64,000 nt of DNA from Anolis carolinensis (taxonomy: Eukaryota), in assembly GCF_035594765.1 (NCBI RefSeq), contig NC_085844.1, positions 218,194,107 to 218,258,106 on the forward strand, in the 5' to 3' direction. The position numbers and the translations under genes are program-made. Under the pieces are notes generated by a model. The model saw nothing but the letters and a program-made list of their open reading frames with translations. It ran no database searches and was not told the origin of the DNA. Shown in pieces: positions 39,259 through 52,270 of this stretch. Numbering within the stretch: the stretch's first letter is position 1; each line of letters starts with the position of its first letter.

Positions 39259-39300
39259 TCAATCATAATGGATGGCAGTGTAGAAGATTATCCAAACAAC
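39259..39300 (-). CDS. RAB5IF: RAB5IF exon 4 (coding part)
   Basis: ttttcag|GTT...YTAIHYD TGA. Confidence 0.95.
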   Translation of the reverse strand, partial: VVWIIFYTAIHYD

Positions 39301-42300
39301 CTGAAAAAAAAAACCCACAAGAAAGGATATCAGCAAGAGACCAATGACTAGACACATCAGCTACCAAATTCAGACTGAACAGACTTTTTGAATACTAGCA
39401 TAATCAATAGCGATCAACATTTAAGAAGAGCCCATTTGAAACCCTAATCTAAGTTAGAAAGAGTGGAACAGTGTAGACTAATCCCTCTCCACCAGTTTCT
39501 GTAATATGCCGCACATACAAAAACTCAGGGCAAAAGAGATGGAATACCTGGATTGTGTTGTTTTATTTATGAACAAAGTAAAAGGGGATATTTAAAACTA
39601 CACAGAGCTATCCAAGTTTAGGGATTAGCTTTTGTTTTAATAACATGTGAAACATCTTCTAGTTTCAATTATCTTAATGTTGTATTTTCAGTCAAACCAG
39701 CTAGTGAAGTTTTTCTTGCTTACTTTTGAATTGTAGACCAAGAATGGCATTTTGAAACCAATGTTGGTGCCAATAGGAAACCAAAAGGAAAAAAAGGGAG
39801 AAGACTAAGTTGGGTTTTTATATGTAGGTAGATTTTGTTATTGGGGGATAGTGGTGGTAATAGAGAAACAATCAGTCTCAAGTCTCTCTCTCGCACACCT
39901 TCTTCAATAAGATGTTGTACAGAGAATGAAAGATTTTACAGTTTGATCAATGAGAAAGACACTTCAGTCCTCCAAATGTTTTTAGTTTCCAATCACTATA
40001 ATTCCCTGCCACTGATCATTCTAGTTGGGAATGGGGAATGAAGTATTTAGTGAACAAAAGTTAACATTAACTTTGGGATGGCAGCAGGGACCACAAAATC
40101 ACCTTGTAGTGTTTTCCCAGATAAAGATTTTTATATATCTTGGACCTCTTAAGTCTAAATGCATGGTGACAACACTCTATAAAAATTAGAATAATTACCA
40201 AAAACAGTGCAAAAGATGTCACAAATCCTTCCTTTGTTAGCTCCCATGTTCCACCATATTCTTCTTCATCTATCTGCTGAAAGCTACTAAAATAAAGGTA
40301 CAGCACTCCAGCATTTATAAGACAGAATCTGTGGAGGTGAGTAAAAAATTATATCAGAATGTGTTATCAGTTATTTCTCATTTATTTACATCCTGCCTTT
40401 CTCCAAAGATGGGGTTCAAGGCAATGTATAACAATTTAAAGAGATCAAACTAAAGTATTTACAAAAGCTGAAAAATGATAACAAAATATTATTTTTAAAC
40501 ATATCCAAACAGTTGAAAACACGTAAAATAATTTCAAAAACACAATTTCCAGTAAAGACTACACAAAAAAATTTCAACTACCAATAGAAAGAAAGCAGCA
40601 AGGGGGCCAAGAGTTCCGCGGCATGGGAGCAGCCAGAGAAAGCTGTCTCCCAAGTCCTCACCAATTATAACTATGAAGGTTGTGGGATTGAGAAAAAGGA
40701 CTCCTTACCAAACTTAAAGCTTACACTGGCTTATATGAGGAAATAGTGTATTTCAGATAGTCTGAACCAAGCCATGTAAGGCTTTAAAGGTAAAAAAAGT
40801 AGCACAGTACTTTGAATTCTGCATGGAAACAGACTGGGAACCAATGGATGTGTTTCCACAGGGGAGACACATGAACCTAGCCCCAGTCCGCAGCAGCACT
40901 TTGGACCTACTGACATTTTAAACTACTTTTTGATTTAAATCAAAAGCTCTTCTTTTGCTCTAGAAACTTTCAGAGTATTTGTGAGTGTGTCTTGTCTGTT
41001 TGCATTATCTTCGACTTCTTTTTATTCTCTCTACAAAGAAATCAAAAACAAATCTTTGTTTTTTACCACAAATTGAAGTTCTGCAGAACTGCAGACTCAC
41101 AATTTAGGAGCTGCTGACACACATCAATGTATAATGCAAATTACATGAGAATTTAATGTCAATATTGAGAGACACACTCAATTTATGACAACTATTTCAA
41201 CTTCAACCTGCATCAACCTTTCAGTGTTTAATAGAAAACAAAGAGGAGAACAACAAAAACAACTTACATTGCTATGCCCACAAATCCCTTCAATGGAACA
41301 ATGCCCCAGATCACTCCCAAAATAACAGCAATGATCTGCCGGAACCAGTAAATCACATCTAGAAATTCATCCTGCAGAAAGGAGGCAAAATAAAAGTTCA
41401 GAAGATCCATAATTCATAGGCAACATATTTGGCAAAATGCCATTTGTGATAACAGGAAATCTGGACTCTGTTCCTTTGTTCAACCTGGAAGCATTTGAGA
41501 GAATGGTTTCTGATGCACAACTCTAAAAGATGGAAAGAAGCAGAAAAGGGAACAGAAGCAGGGAGTGAGAGGTATCACTACTGTAAACTGAGATGTAACT
41601 TTGTACTTTCTAAATATGTATGTGTACAGTAGAGTCTCACTTATCCAACATTCTGGATTATCCAATGCATTTTTGTAGTCAATGTTTTCAACACATCATG
41701 ATATTTTGGTGTTAAATTAGTAAATACAGTAATTACTACATAGCATTATTGCACATTGAACTACTTATTATGTCACATTTGTTGTTAAACATGATGCTTT
41801 GGTGCTTAATTTGTAAAATCATAACCTTTTCCTTAATCCTTCCTTATTATCCAACATATTCGCTTATCCAACATTCTGCCGGCCCATTTATGTTGGATAA
41901 GTGAGACTCTACTGTATTTCAATATTGTTGTGCATCTTCCATTTGTTTCTGACTTATGATGATTCTAACACAGATTTTTTCTTGGCAAGACTTGTTCAGA
42001 AGGCTGAAACTGTGACTTGCACAAGGTCACCCAGTGGGGTTCAGTGGCCGAGCAGGAATTTGAATGCCAGTTTTCAGAATTGTAGTCCAAGGCTCAAATA
42101 CTATATCATGTTGGTTCTTGTGTATTTTAATACTTCTGTCCAAAGCTCTCTCAATAAGCTTTTAAAAAATCTCTGAGGCTGACATCGAGACAGTCCAATG
42201 CAGTCTGTCTCTCAGACTGATAGCCAATGTGGAATTCTGCTATCCAGGTTCAAAACTAATCACTATATCACACTGTCTTTCATAGATAAGTGGGCTGATC

Positions 42301-45300
42301 AAGCAGATCAATTTTTCTTAGCCCTGATAACGACTGTCCAAATTACCACAAGAAAAATACTATTATACAGTTCAGTTTGTAACAATTTAGGCTTATATAG
42401 TGTAGATCTTAGGGGGAACACCTTCTACATTATTCTGTGTCTAATACAGTGGTTCTCAATCTGTGGGTCCCCAGATGTTTTTGGCCTTCAACTCCCAGAA
42501 ATCCTAACAACTGGTAAACTGGCTGGGATTTCTGGTAGTTGTAGGCCAAAACACCTGGGAACCCATAAGTTGAGAACCACTGGTCTAAAAAAAGCCTAGA
42601 TACTTTGGTCACATGCAATGAGAAAAAAATCACAAAAATATTGATATACAGTGTTCCCTCACTTATCCAAATTACGTTCCAGGACCACCCAGTATAACTG
42701 AAAATCCACAAAGTAGGGACACTATTTTAATTTTAACATTTATACATTATATTGAAACCTTTCCTACCAGCGCCGGTGGGCCCCTTGCTCCATGCCCGCC
42801 ATGTTGCTCTGGCTGCCTCTGCTCCTGCAGCTAGGGAAGAAGGAAGGCCGCTCCGCCCGGTAAGTGAGCGAGTGAGAGAGTGGGTGAGAGTGTGAGGGCG
42901 GGCGGCAGCAGCAGCTGGAGCCTGGAAGAGGAGGCCAAGCTCCTGTTTCTGTCGCCGCTCCAGCTGGTCACACCGGGAAACATGGAAGACTCGGTAGAGG
43001 GGACGGAGTCTTACTGTATCCCCAAGGGCTAGCAACGTAACTGAACCCTCACTCTCTCACCCTCCCTCCCTCGCTCGCTCACTTACCGGGCAAAGCAGCC
43101 TTCCTTCTTCCCTGGCTGCAGGAGCCGAGGCAGCCAGAGCAACATGGCAGACACGAAGCAAGGGGGCAGCAACGGAGGAAATAAATAAAATATTTTCCTG
43201 TGAAACAATAAGCGAACCGCAAAGTAGCGAGGGAACACTGCAAAAATAAAAACATACAACACAACCCCCTTCCCCCATCCAGTCATCATACCTTTACTGA
43301 CAATTATAGACAGTGCAAACATCAAACATTGTCACTGTGTCTAAATAAGAAATACTATTTTATTATTTGTTTTAATCTCTGATAATTTTTAAACCAACAT
43401 CTGGTTATATACAGAGGGCAAAGCTTGGGTATGTTACACTGCAAAATATTCTACTTTCTTTGAGAGGATCTTACTATGTTCTGCACATTTATTGAACTGT
43501 TGAACACATTTATTTGAATTGTTGCCAATTTGTACGCCGCCCTGAGTCCCTTCGGGTGAGAAGGGCGGGATATAAATGTTGTAAATAAATAAATAAACTC
43601 AATTATCACCATAATATTTTAACATCTTCCTGAATGTAATCCAGTCCCATTTTTCTTTCTGATCTTACTTTCAAGTATTTTAGTGATTTACAATGATTAG
43701 TAAAGCATTGTAACATTTATCAAAGGCTGTTCAACAAGGCCACAGTATCATCAGAACAAAGATCCAGTCTCTCTCAGAGGTTGTGAGGTGTTGGAAACTA
43801 GGCAAGTGGGCTTTATCTATCTGTGGAATGTCCAGGGTGGGCGAAAGACCTCTTGTCTGCCTGAAGAAAGTGTGAATATGGCAATTGGCCAGCTTGGTTA
43901 GCATTGAATAATCTGGCAGCTTCAAAGTCTGTCTGTCTCCTGAAGGGGAGTCCTTTGTAGGGAGATGTTAGCTGGCCCTGATTGTTTCTTGTCTAATCAA
44001 GCCGGCCTATTGCTACATTCACACTTGCCTCAGGCAGACAAGAGTTCTTTCTCCCACCCTGAACATTCCACAGATATAAAAACCCCAGTTGTCTAGATCC
44101 CAACAGACTTCATAACCTCTGAGGATGCTTACCACAGATGTGGGCGAAATGTCAGGAGAGAATGCTTCTAGAACATAGCCATACAGCCCGGAAAATTCAC
44201 AGCAACCCAGTGATTCTGGTCATGAAAGCCTCCGACAATGCATAAATAAAATTGTTGTTGTTGTTATTATTATTATTATTAAGGCAGCCACAAGTAGGTC
44301 TAGCTCAGCTCAAACTCTGGTCTTGCAGGTGCTTTGGACTTCAGCTCCCAGAATCCTTCATCACTGACCCAAAAAGCTGAGGCTGCTGGGAGTTGAAGTC
44401 CAAAACATGAGGAGAATTTAGCCCAGCTTTTCCCTCTGATCTACCAGGTTTTTTGGACTTCAGTTCCCAGGATCCCTCTTCATTGGCTGAGGCAGCTGAG
44501 GCTGCTGGGAGTTAGAACAAAAAAAAACTCTAAAGGGAACCCACTGAAATGCAAAGATACAGAATGGGGGACGCTTGGCTCGACAGCAATACATGTGAAA
44601 AAGATCTTGGGGTCCTTGTGGACAAGTTAAACATGATCCAACAATGTGATGCGGCAGCTTAAAAAGCCAATGGGATTTTGGCCTGCATAAATAGGAGTAC
44701 AGTATCCAGATCTAGGAAAGTCATGCTACCCTTCTATTCTGCCTTGGACAGATGACACCTGGAATCACACTGTGTCCAATTCTGGGCAATGTAATTTAAG
44801 GGAGATATTGACAAGCTGGAATGTGTCCAGAGGAGGGCGACTAAAATGATCAAGGGTCTGGAGGACAAGCCCTATGAGGAGCGGCTTAAAGAGCTAGGCA
44901 TGTTTAGCCTGGAGAGGGAAGGCTGAGAGGAGACATGATGGCCATGTATAAATATGTGAGGGAAAGTCATAGGGAGGAGGGCACAGGCTTGTTTTCTGCT
45001 ACCCTGGAGACTAGGACACGGAACAACCTCTGGCTGGATGGCCATCTGTCGGGGTGCTTTGAATGCGATTTCCTGCTTGTTGGCAGGGGGTTGGACTGGA
45101 TGGCCCACAAGGTCTCTTCCAACTCTATGATTCTACTGAGAGAAATGTGGAAGGCCTGAATGCCTCCACTGTCAGACATGGGCCCTCCAGGTGTTTTGGA
45201 CTCCAACTCCCACAATTCCTACCAGCCTACCGACTGTTAGGAATTGTGGGAGTTAGAATCCAAAACACCCGGAGGGCCCAAGTTTGCCCAGGCCTGTTCC

Positions 45301-45518
45301 ACACTACTTCATGACCTTTCTGACAGGCGGCCTGATGACGATGTGGCTCTAGGCCTCACCTTGTCTTCCCAGGAGGAGTCGCTCCGCAGCGCTTTGCTCC
45401 ACAGCGAGGCCTTCAACGCGCCGCCGCCGCCCCCACCGTTGGCCACCAGGTGCGGATGGTGCTGGTGCGGCTGCGAGGGCGACGTCAGCTCCTCCTTCCG
45501 CCGGTGGCCGCCGCTCAT
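39259..45518 (-). CDS. RAB5IF: RAB5-interacting factor (C20orf24/RCAF1/OPTI), 144 aa; join(45518..45360, 41371..41268, 40328..40199, 39300..39259)
   Basis: [10 protein letters not shown]...[20 protein letters not shown]|[35 protein letters not shown]|[43 protein letters not shown]|[13 protein letters not shown]; all junctions GT-AG, 435 nt in total. Confidence 0.97.
40199..40328 (-). CDS. RAB5IF: RAB5IF exon 3
   Basis: [17 protein letters not shown]; cacag| ... TTG|gtaat. Confidence 0.96.
41268..41371 (-). CDS. RAB5IF: RAB5IF exon 2
   Basis: [15 protein letters not shown]...; ctgcag| ... AT|gtaag. Confidence 0.96.
42447..42582. mobile_element. hAT MITE with SPIN-like TIRs
   Basis: CAGTGGTTCTCAA / TTGAGAACCACTG; TSD GTCTAATA / GTCTAAAA. 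Confidence 0.85.
42648..43300. mobile_element. Tigger/pogo-like non-autonomous element with a GC-rich internal inverted repeat
   Basis: TA|CAGTGTTCCCTCACTT... and ...AGCGAGGGAACACTG (~43240); internal inverted repeat ~42799-42880 vs ~43065-43147. Confidence 0.7.
43773..44240. mobile_element. Penelope-like element remnant with inverted pseudo-LTR arrangement
   Basis: Left and right parts are reverse complements of one family; contains a hammerhead-like core at 44116-44156. Confidence 0.75.
44545..45137 (+). mobile_element. CR1 LINE 3' fragment
   Basis: Highly similar to 12203-12818, ends CAACTCTATGATTCTA. Confidence 0.92.
45360..45518 (-). CDS. RAB5IF: RAB5IF exon 1
   Basis: ATG at 45518; AAG|gtgag at 45360. 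Confidence 0.95.
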
Positions 45519-45760
45519 CGTCCCCGCAACCAGGCCGCCCACCAGCCGAGCGCGCTGTCGCCACCGGGGAGGCACGCATGCGCGCAGGCACGCACGCGCA
45601 CGCCCACCTGAGCCGCTTGGCCAATGGAGTCGCCGCCAGATGCTCTACGGCGCGAGGAAAGGGACAGTCCGGAAAAGGCGTTACGGGTTTTTACTCCCTC
45701 TTTTCGTTTCCAACAGCGCAGACTAGAGGCTGGCAGTGACGAGGCTCTTCCAGAGAGAGA
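45519..45760 (-). promoter_or_regulatory. RAB5IF CpG-island promoter with NRF1-like and CCAAT elements
   Basis: ACGCATGCGCGCAGGCACGCACGCGCA (~45574-45600) resembles NRF1 GCGCAYGCGC; TTGGCCAAT at ~45617-45625; CpG-dense. Confidence 0.6.
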
Positions 45761-45916
45761 CACACACAGGAAGAAAGAGAGAGAGAGGGCTGGATGCTCT
45801 TTCCCGCTGTTTGGAGCCAAGGGGTACATCTATACCAGGCCTGGGCAAACTTGGGCACTCCAGGTGTTTTGGACTTCAACTCCCAGAATTCCTAACAGCC
45901 TCAGGCCCCTTCCTCC

Positions 45917-46520
45917 CAGGGCCCGTTTTGCCGGTTTGGGGCCGTTTAGAAGTTGTTTAGGACCCCTTAGGGTGGCCCAGAGCCCGTTTTGCCCCGTTGT
46001 GCCTGTTTTGCCCCGTTGTGCCTGTTTAGAAGTTGTTTAGGGACCCTTAGGGTATCTAAAAGTCCGATTTGCACACTTGTGTTCATTTGCAAGTTGTTTA
46101 TAGCCCCCTTAGGGTGGCCCAGGTCCCGTTTTGCCCCTTTGGGCCTGTATAGAAGTTGTTTAGGGCCCCTTTAGTGTGGCACAGGGACCATTTTGCCCCT
46201 TTGGGCCCATTTAGAAGTTATTTTGGGCCCTCTTAGGGTGGCCCAGGGCCCGTTTTGCCCACTTGGGCCCATTTAGTTGTTTAGGGTCACTTTATGGTGG
46301 CCCAGGTCCCGTTTTGCCCCTTTGGGCCCATTTAGACGTTTTTAAAGGCCCGTTTAGGTTGGCCCAAGACCCCTTTTGTCGGTTTGGGCCCGTTTAGAAG
46401 TTGTTTAGTGCCCCCTTAGGATGGCCCAGATCCTGTTTGGCCCTGTTCAGAAGTTGTTTACAGCTTTTTTAGGGTGGCCCAGGTACCATTTTGCCAGTTT
46501 GGGCCCCATTAAAGTTGTTA
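45917..46520. repeat. Minisatellite, about 10 diverged copies of a ~60-bp unit
   Basis: Unit approximately AGGGTGGCCCAGGGCCCGTTTTGCCCCTTTGGGCCCATTTAGAAGTTGTTTAGGGCCCCTT, repeated in tandem. Confidence 0.9.
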
Positions 46521-46639
46521 AGCAAGGAGTTTTGGACCCAGAAGCCCCATTGAGCTTGGTCAGCAATAGGAAATTCTGGGAGCAGAAGTCCAAAATGTCT
46601 GGAGCTCCATAGTTTGGGAACCACTCAGGATCCAGTCAC

Positions 46640-47530
46640 AGAATCCTAGAGTTGGAAGAGACTCCAAGTGCATCCAGACCAAGCCCAATTTGCCATGCAG
46701 GAATACTAGATCATAGTATCCCTGACAGATGGCCACCTAGCCTCCGTTTAAAACACCTCCAGAAGACGAAACTCCAACAGACTCTGAGGATACAGCTTTT
46801 TCTACTGCCAGACAGCTCAATCCATCAGCTCTTTCTAATGTTTATGTGGAATCTTTTATCCTGTAGTTTGAGGCAAAAAAGGAGTTGAGTTATTCTGCCT
46901 CATCTCTATCCCCTGTTAGCATTTCAACATCTTTTTGCAATGGCCCAACATTTTCTTTGTTCTTCCTCTTGCTGCAAACATAGCCAAAAAGCCTTTTCAA
47001 TTTTAGCAAGTCTGAGCTTGTTCTGTGTTTTAACTATCCTGACATTTTCCCTATGTGTGCCTTCTATTTTCTTTAATTCCTCTTTGTGATTTTCCCATTT
47101 TCAGTTCTTGTATGAGTTACATATCCCTTTTAAATCTTAGCTCAATTGAACATTCTTTAGACATGTATCCTGTTGTTTAAGATACTTCCCATTTCCCCTC
47201 TTCATTGGAAGTTTGAAATTGTGCTTTTAATATCTCACTTTGAAGAAATTCCCATCTGTCATGAACTTCTTTCTCTTTTAGCATTCCTGATCACAGAATC
47301 TCCACTGAAATCCAGTTTCTTAAAGACTAGAATGTGTGTCTGATTATGCTTGGCTTTCCTTTCCACTGTATAGAACCCACTCCATGGTCACTCCCACCTA
47401 AGGTTCCTGTCACTTCCATCCTATTGACTAAATAATCACTGGTGATTAGAATCAGATCTAAAATAACTGATTCTCTTGCTTCTACCTTCTGGAGAATGAA
47501 ACTGTCTGAAAGGCGGGTCAGGAATTTGTC
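46640..47530 (-). mobile_element. Degenerate CR1 fragments (3' end and ORF2)
   Basis: Minus-strand ADKFLTRLSDSFILQKVE...ILDLIL...LGGSDH matches the end of the CR1 endonuclease; CR1 3' UTR at ~46640-46870. Confidence 0.8.
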
Positions 47531-49120
47531 AGCTAACAACAACAACTCCCACTTTTGTCCTTGAGTGGCCTGAAGCCAGAACAGAATGGCGAGGGAGAGA
47601 AAATGTAACAGAATTTGAAAAATGTGATAAGTGCTACCTTATCATTCTACTAGGGCTTACTGTGTGGGAATGTAGGCAGTGTACTCCAAAACATCTAGGC
47701 AGACAAAATTCCCATACTTCTAGGAGTTTTATGCACAAATACCTAAAGGTAATCACTAATTATGGTAATAATGTAGGACACAATGGGAATTGCACATCCT
47801 ATAGAGGACCTATTTTACAAAGGTATCCCATGTATCAATATAAAAACCTTGTTTAGGGTTACCAATTTAAGGCATTTTACTCTTTCAGTTCTATTCCAAG
47901 GTGATTTACCAAAACAGTGTTAGAACAATATAACTATCTGATATCCATAGTATCATAAAAAAGGGATACAAACCAGTCAGCAGGATTAAATATTTATTTT
48001 AAAAGCCAAAGAAAATAGGGAAGCTTTTATTTGATACTAAAACATCCATATCTCCCATTGCCACATTTGCAATACTGAGAATCTCCAGTATTCTGTCCTT
48101 CAAAGAAAATAAGGCTTTGTATTATGTCCTTTGAAGGAACAAAAACTAAGTAATTTCTGATTTTTGTATGTTACATTTGTTATAAATAGATACTATATCC
48201 AAAAACATAAACTGTAGATCTGACAAAAGGTGTTTTGAAACAATTGTATCATATTAGCACAGAGTTGCAGACAGTACAGTTTCCTGCTGAGCATATTCTC
48301 AAACTACATTGGTTGGTGATATAGAATAGCAGTTTAGGCTGTTGCCCCAGTCTGGGTATACAGGTATGTTGTATTGATGCAGATGTTTTCCAGAGCAGAT
48401 AGTTTAGCACCACAAGCAGAAGCACATAGAAGGAAGAGAAATAAATCTTTAAACCACCATAAAAGAAAACAGTAGTTCAAAATATTCCAGCAGGCTTCCT
48501 CTCAAAAACTAATATGCCCATACAAAATGAAACAACCAGGTCATATAAGGAAAAATCTTACAAATCTTCTAGAGACCACTTCAAAGCTTCTTCCACAAGT
48601 GTTCACTTTTCTCTCTCCCAAGACTCACTTTTCTTATAATTTTAATGATGTACAAATGAGCAAGGTTTATTTATTGGCCCAATTTCTGTTTTCCTGTTCA
48701 GCCATACTTAATAAAGGATTGTGGAGGCAGCTGCTGTTTATCTTGCCTGTTGAAGGTGAGGTGCTCACTGCTACAACAAGATTGGCTAGTGTATAATTCT
48801 ATTCTTTCCAAGTCCAATAGTTATTGTATTTTTAATTACAGATATCCTACTGTGTTTTTCTAACACATGTTGACCATTCTCTCAATACTGATGGTACTAA
48901 AATCTTTCAGCTAGACAGAGGGCAAGAATGAAAAGGATAGGCATAGAATGACTTTTTAAAATGATTGTCTTTGTGAGAAGCTTTGTTAATTGAAATATAC
49001 TTAGAGTTACAGTAAATACTGGTATATCTGAGTAGGGATATATACTGTAAAACTGAATCACTAGAGAATACAATTATCCTTCTCCAGAAAATTTGGTACT
49101 GTACATATGCGGAGATGCAT

Positions 49121-49121
<1 letters not shown>

Positions 49122-49200
<79 letters not shown>
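49122..49200. repeat. Compound (CT)n(AT)n microsatellite
   Basis: Direct reading. Confidence 0.97.
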
Positions 49201-49201
<1 letters not shown>

Positions 49202-52105
49202 CATTAATATTTGCAAGCAGGGCAAGGTCTGCTATTAGGAAGAGAGAGGGGGAGCCACCTCAACTGGCACATGGTAGAGAGCTATATCCTGCATTTAATG
49301 ACAGGAACTGGGATCCATGGAAACAGGAACACATCAGTTTATATGGCTCCACAAAAGTTTTTGTTCTTTTAGCTCCCCAGCTGTCCTTCCTGGACCCCAT
49401 GCCCATTCTCCTCTTTGGAGAACAAGGCCATGTGTGCCACACAACCTGTCCTGCACACTCACCTCATTGGCATTGCTAAAGTGAGTTTGATAATATTTGC
49501 AGGGAATGTTCCAATTAATCCTGTCTTCTGACTTTTCCAGTTGCTTTTTAAATGTCCCAGTTTCTCCTCCTCACTCCTTTGTCCTCAGCTTACTTCAGTC
49601 GCTGCCAACTGAGTGCAGAATTAGTCTGCACTCAACTAATTCTGTAGGGAGGAGATGAGAGGTAGCAAAATATTGTTCATCCCAATGGGTTCAAGAAAAA
49701 AGCAAACTGCTGCACCCTTGCCCAGCTTGCGTGTTTAATTATTTTTGCCTTCTTGTCCACACTGTGATGTTGTTTGGCCCTACTTGCCCCAGTTTATATC
49801 TCTGAAATGTTGGAGGCTATGCAAATGGAATGGAGTAGTACCATCCTGTTTGAGATAGCAAAGTGTCATAACCCTGTTTGTAGCTATTAAGCAAAGGGTG
49901 AGAAAATATGGGAGTTGCAGACCAGGCAGTTTGGGACTGCAGCTCCCAGCAGCTTTCAAAATTGTTTTGGGCCAACTAGCATTGCTGGTAGTTGTCAGCC
50001 AATAACATCTGAAGGGCCACACGATTCTCACTCTGCATTAAGCCCAGAAATTTTTTCCTACTGAATGTAGGTGTTTGCCTTTTCATTAAGATAAATGTAC
50101 ATTTGAACGGGACTCTTCCATTATGTTCCTTTGCCACAAGATGGCAGAAAGGTCTCATATTCTGCTGTATCTTCCAACAGGCTATTTATCCTGCCTTACT
50201 CTGACTGGGAGGCTGTCTAAGGGCTGCAAATACTGCTATTAGAGATAGAAGAGAAAGCATTAAGTGTTTACAATATTTGCTTCACCAGCTGCTCTCTCAG
50301 TGGAAACATTATTCCAAAAACTCTCGCTGTGTTTCAGCCCCAATCTGTGGTGAAATATGAAAACTATGAAATTCATAATAATATCTAGAAAGGGTCAAAG
50401 CCAAAACTTCCTGAGTGTGTGTGTGTGTATGGGGGGGGGGGGGGGTAGTTAAACTTTAAGTAATAACAAAAAAATCTGGGTTGTGGATTGGATTCCCCAC
50501 ATTGGGGGAGGAGGGGGGGCTGAAAAGGAAGTTGTTACTAACTGCTATCAAGTCAACCTTGAGATATCTCCAAGTCACCTGGGGTGCATCTTGACTGTAA
50601 AATTAATGCAGTTTGACATCACTTTTAACTGCCATGAAGACAAAGCTATGAAATTTTGGAGGTTAATAATGTGTAATTTGGCAGAAAATGCTAAAAGGTA
50701 TTTTAAAACAACAACTTCCATGGTTCCATAGCATTGATCCATGGCAGGTCATGAGGTGTTAAATGGCATTAATTCTACAGTGTAGATGCAACTCCTTATC
50801 ATTAGCAGTCTTGTTCAGATCTTGTAGACTGGGACCATAGGACTCCCCCCCTCCCCCCAAATCAGCTTTCTTCACTATTTTGCTTCTATACATAGAAATT
50901 AGAAATATGATGGTACAATCATAACCTTGGTATTCAGTAAAATAGTTTTACACTTCAGGATCATGATTTCTATATTGGCCATTGGGTAATATTTTTATAC
51001 TCATAATTATGGGTAAACTCTTTATTGACATAACATGATGAATTTATATTGAACATCAATTGAGGTCTACGTTGGCCTCCAGGTGATTTCTTATAAAGAT
51101 TTATAAAGAAAATAAAGAGTGACTACTCTTAACGGTCATTTAGATATGAGTTACATAAAACATCCCTGTTGGAAAGAGATATTTCTCAGTGGGTTTAAGA
51201 ACGGATACCTAGTGAATTCTGTATAATGGTCCTTACTGTTGGAACAGCAACCTTCTACAAGCCTCCTATAATAGTTCTTTGTTATGTATATTGTGATTGC
51301 TTACTTTTTTATTGTATCAGAAGTGACTTGAGAACATACTGCAAGTCGCTTCTGATGTGAGAAAATTGACCGTCTACAGAGACATTGCCCAGGGGATGCC
51401 CAGATGTGTTGCTGGGAGGCTTCTCTCATGTGCCTGCAAGCTAGAGCTGACAGACAGAGCTCACTCCATCTCGTGGATCTGAACCGGAAACCTTCAGGTC
51501 AGCAGTTCAGCTGGCAGACCCATTGTGCCACCGTGGCTCTCTCTCTATATATACAATACATAAATACATACAATCATATACATACAATATTGCTTACTAT
51601 ATTGTATGCATGTGATTTGGTATGCAGTTTTCCCTTAACTTTATGTTGTTTGAGGTTGTGGGATGGACTGCAGACCATGTGACCAGGTTTGGGACTTCAC
51701 ACAGATTCCATTTTAGAAGTCAGTACAGTTTATGAAGTCAGCAGTGTTAATATGCAGTAATAAGTGTCAGTGTGCTGCAGTGTATAATCTTTATTGAGTC
51801 TGTTCAGTAATGTCTTACACTGAGGAGAGTGTTAATCTCTATGCAAGAGAGAAGAGACTTAAAACACAATGCTTTAGAGAACAGATTGTTTACACTACCA
51901 ACCAATAAGAAATATACCTGTATGCTGAATACATGAAGTTTGTAAATAAATCAACTATGTTACTTTTAACGAAGACTGCTTATTTTTGGTCTCTTGAGAG
52001 CATGATTTAAAACTAATATTTTTATGGGAGAGAAGTGTTTTGGGGGGCGGGAGATGAAATAACACTTCTGAAGATCTGCTATATATTTTGTGCATTAGCA
52101 TATCT

Positions 52106-52270
52106 TTATTTTTATTTTTTATTACAACATTTGTATCCCGCCCTTCTCACCCAAGAGGGGACTCAGGGTAGCTTACAATAAAACACACATATATAAAAAA
52201 TATAAAATACAATGCAAATCAAATTAACTAATTAATTACAACAACATTCATAAAATACAATACTAAATAA
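52106..52270 (-). mobile_element. L2-type 3' tail abutting the 3' end of the chimeric ORF
   Basis: Reverse complement reads TTGTAAGCTACCCTGAGTCCCCTCTTGGGTGAGAAGGGCGGGATACAAATGTTGTAATAAAAAATAAAAATAAA. Confidence 0.85.

Noticed and set aside
45917-46520. CRISPR-like appearance of regularly spaced repeats
   Set aside because: Eukaryotic locus; the units are contiguous tandem copies without unique spacers, and there are no cas genes.
51600-52100. Possible solo LTR
   Set aside because: LTR-like composition and an AATAAA, but I could not identify TG...CA ends with a TSD.
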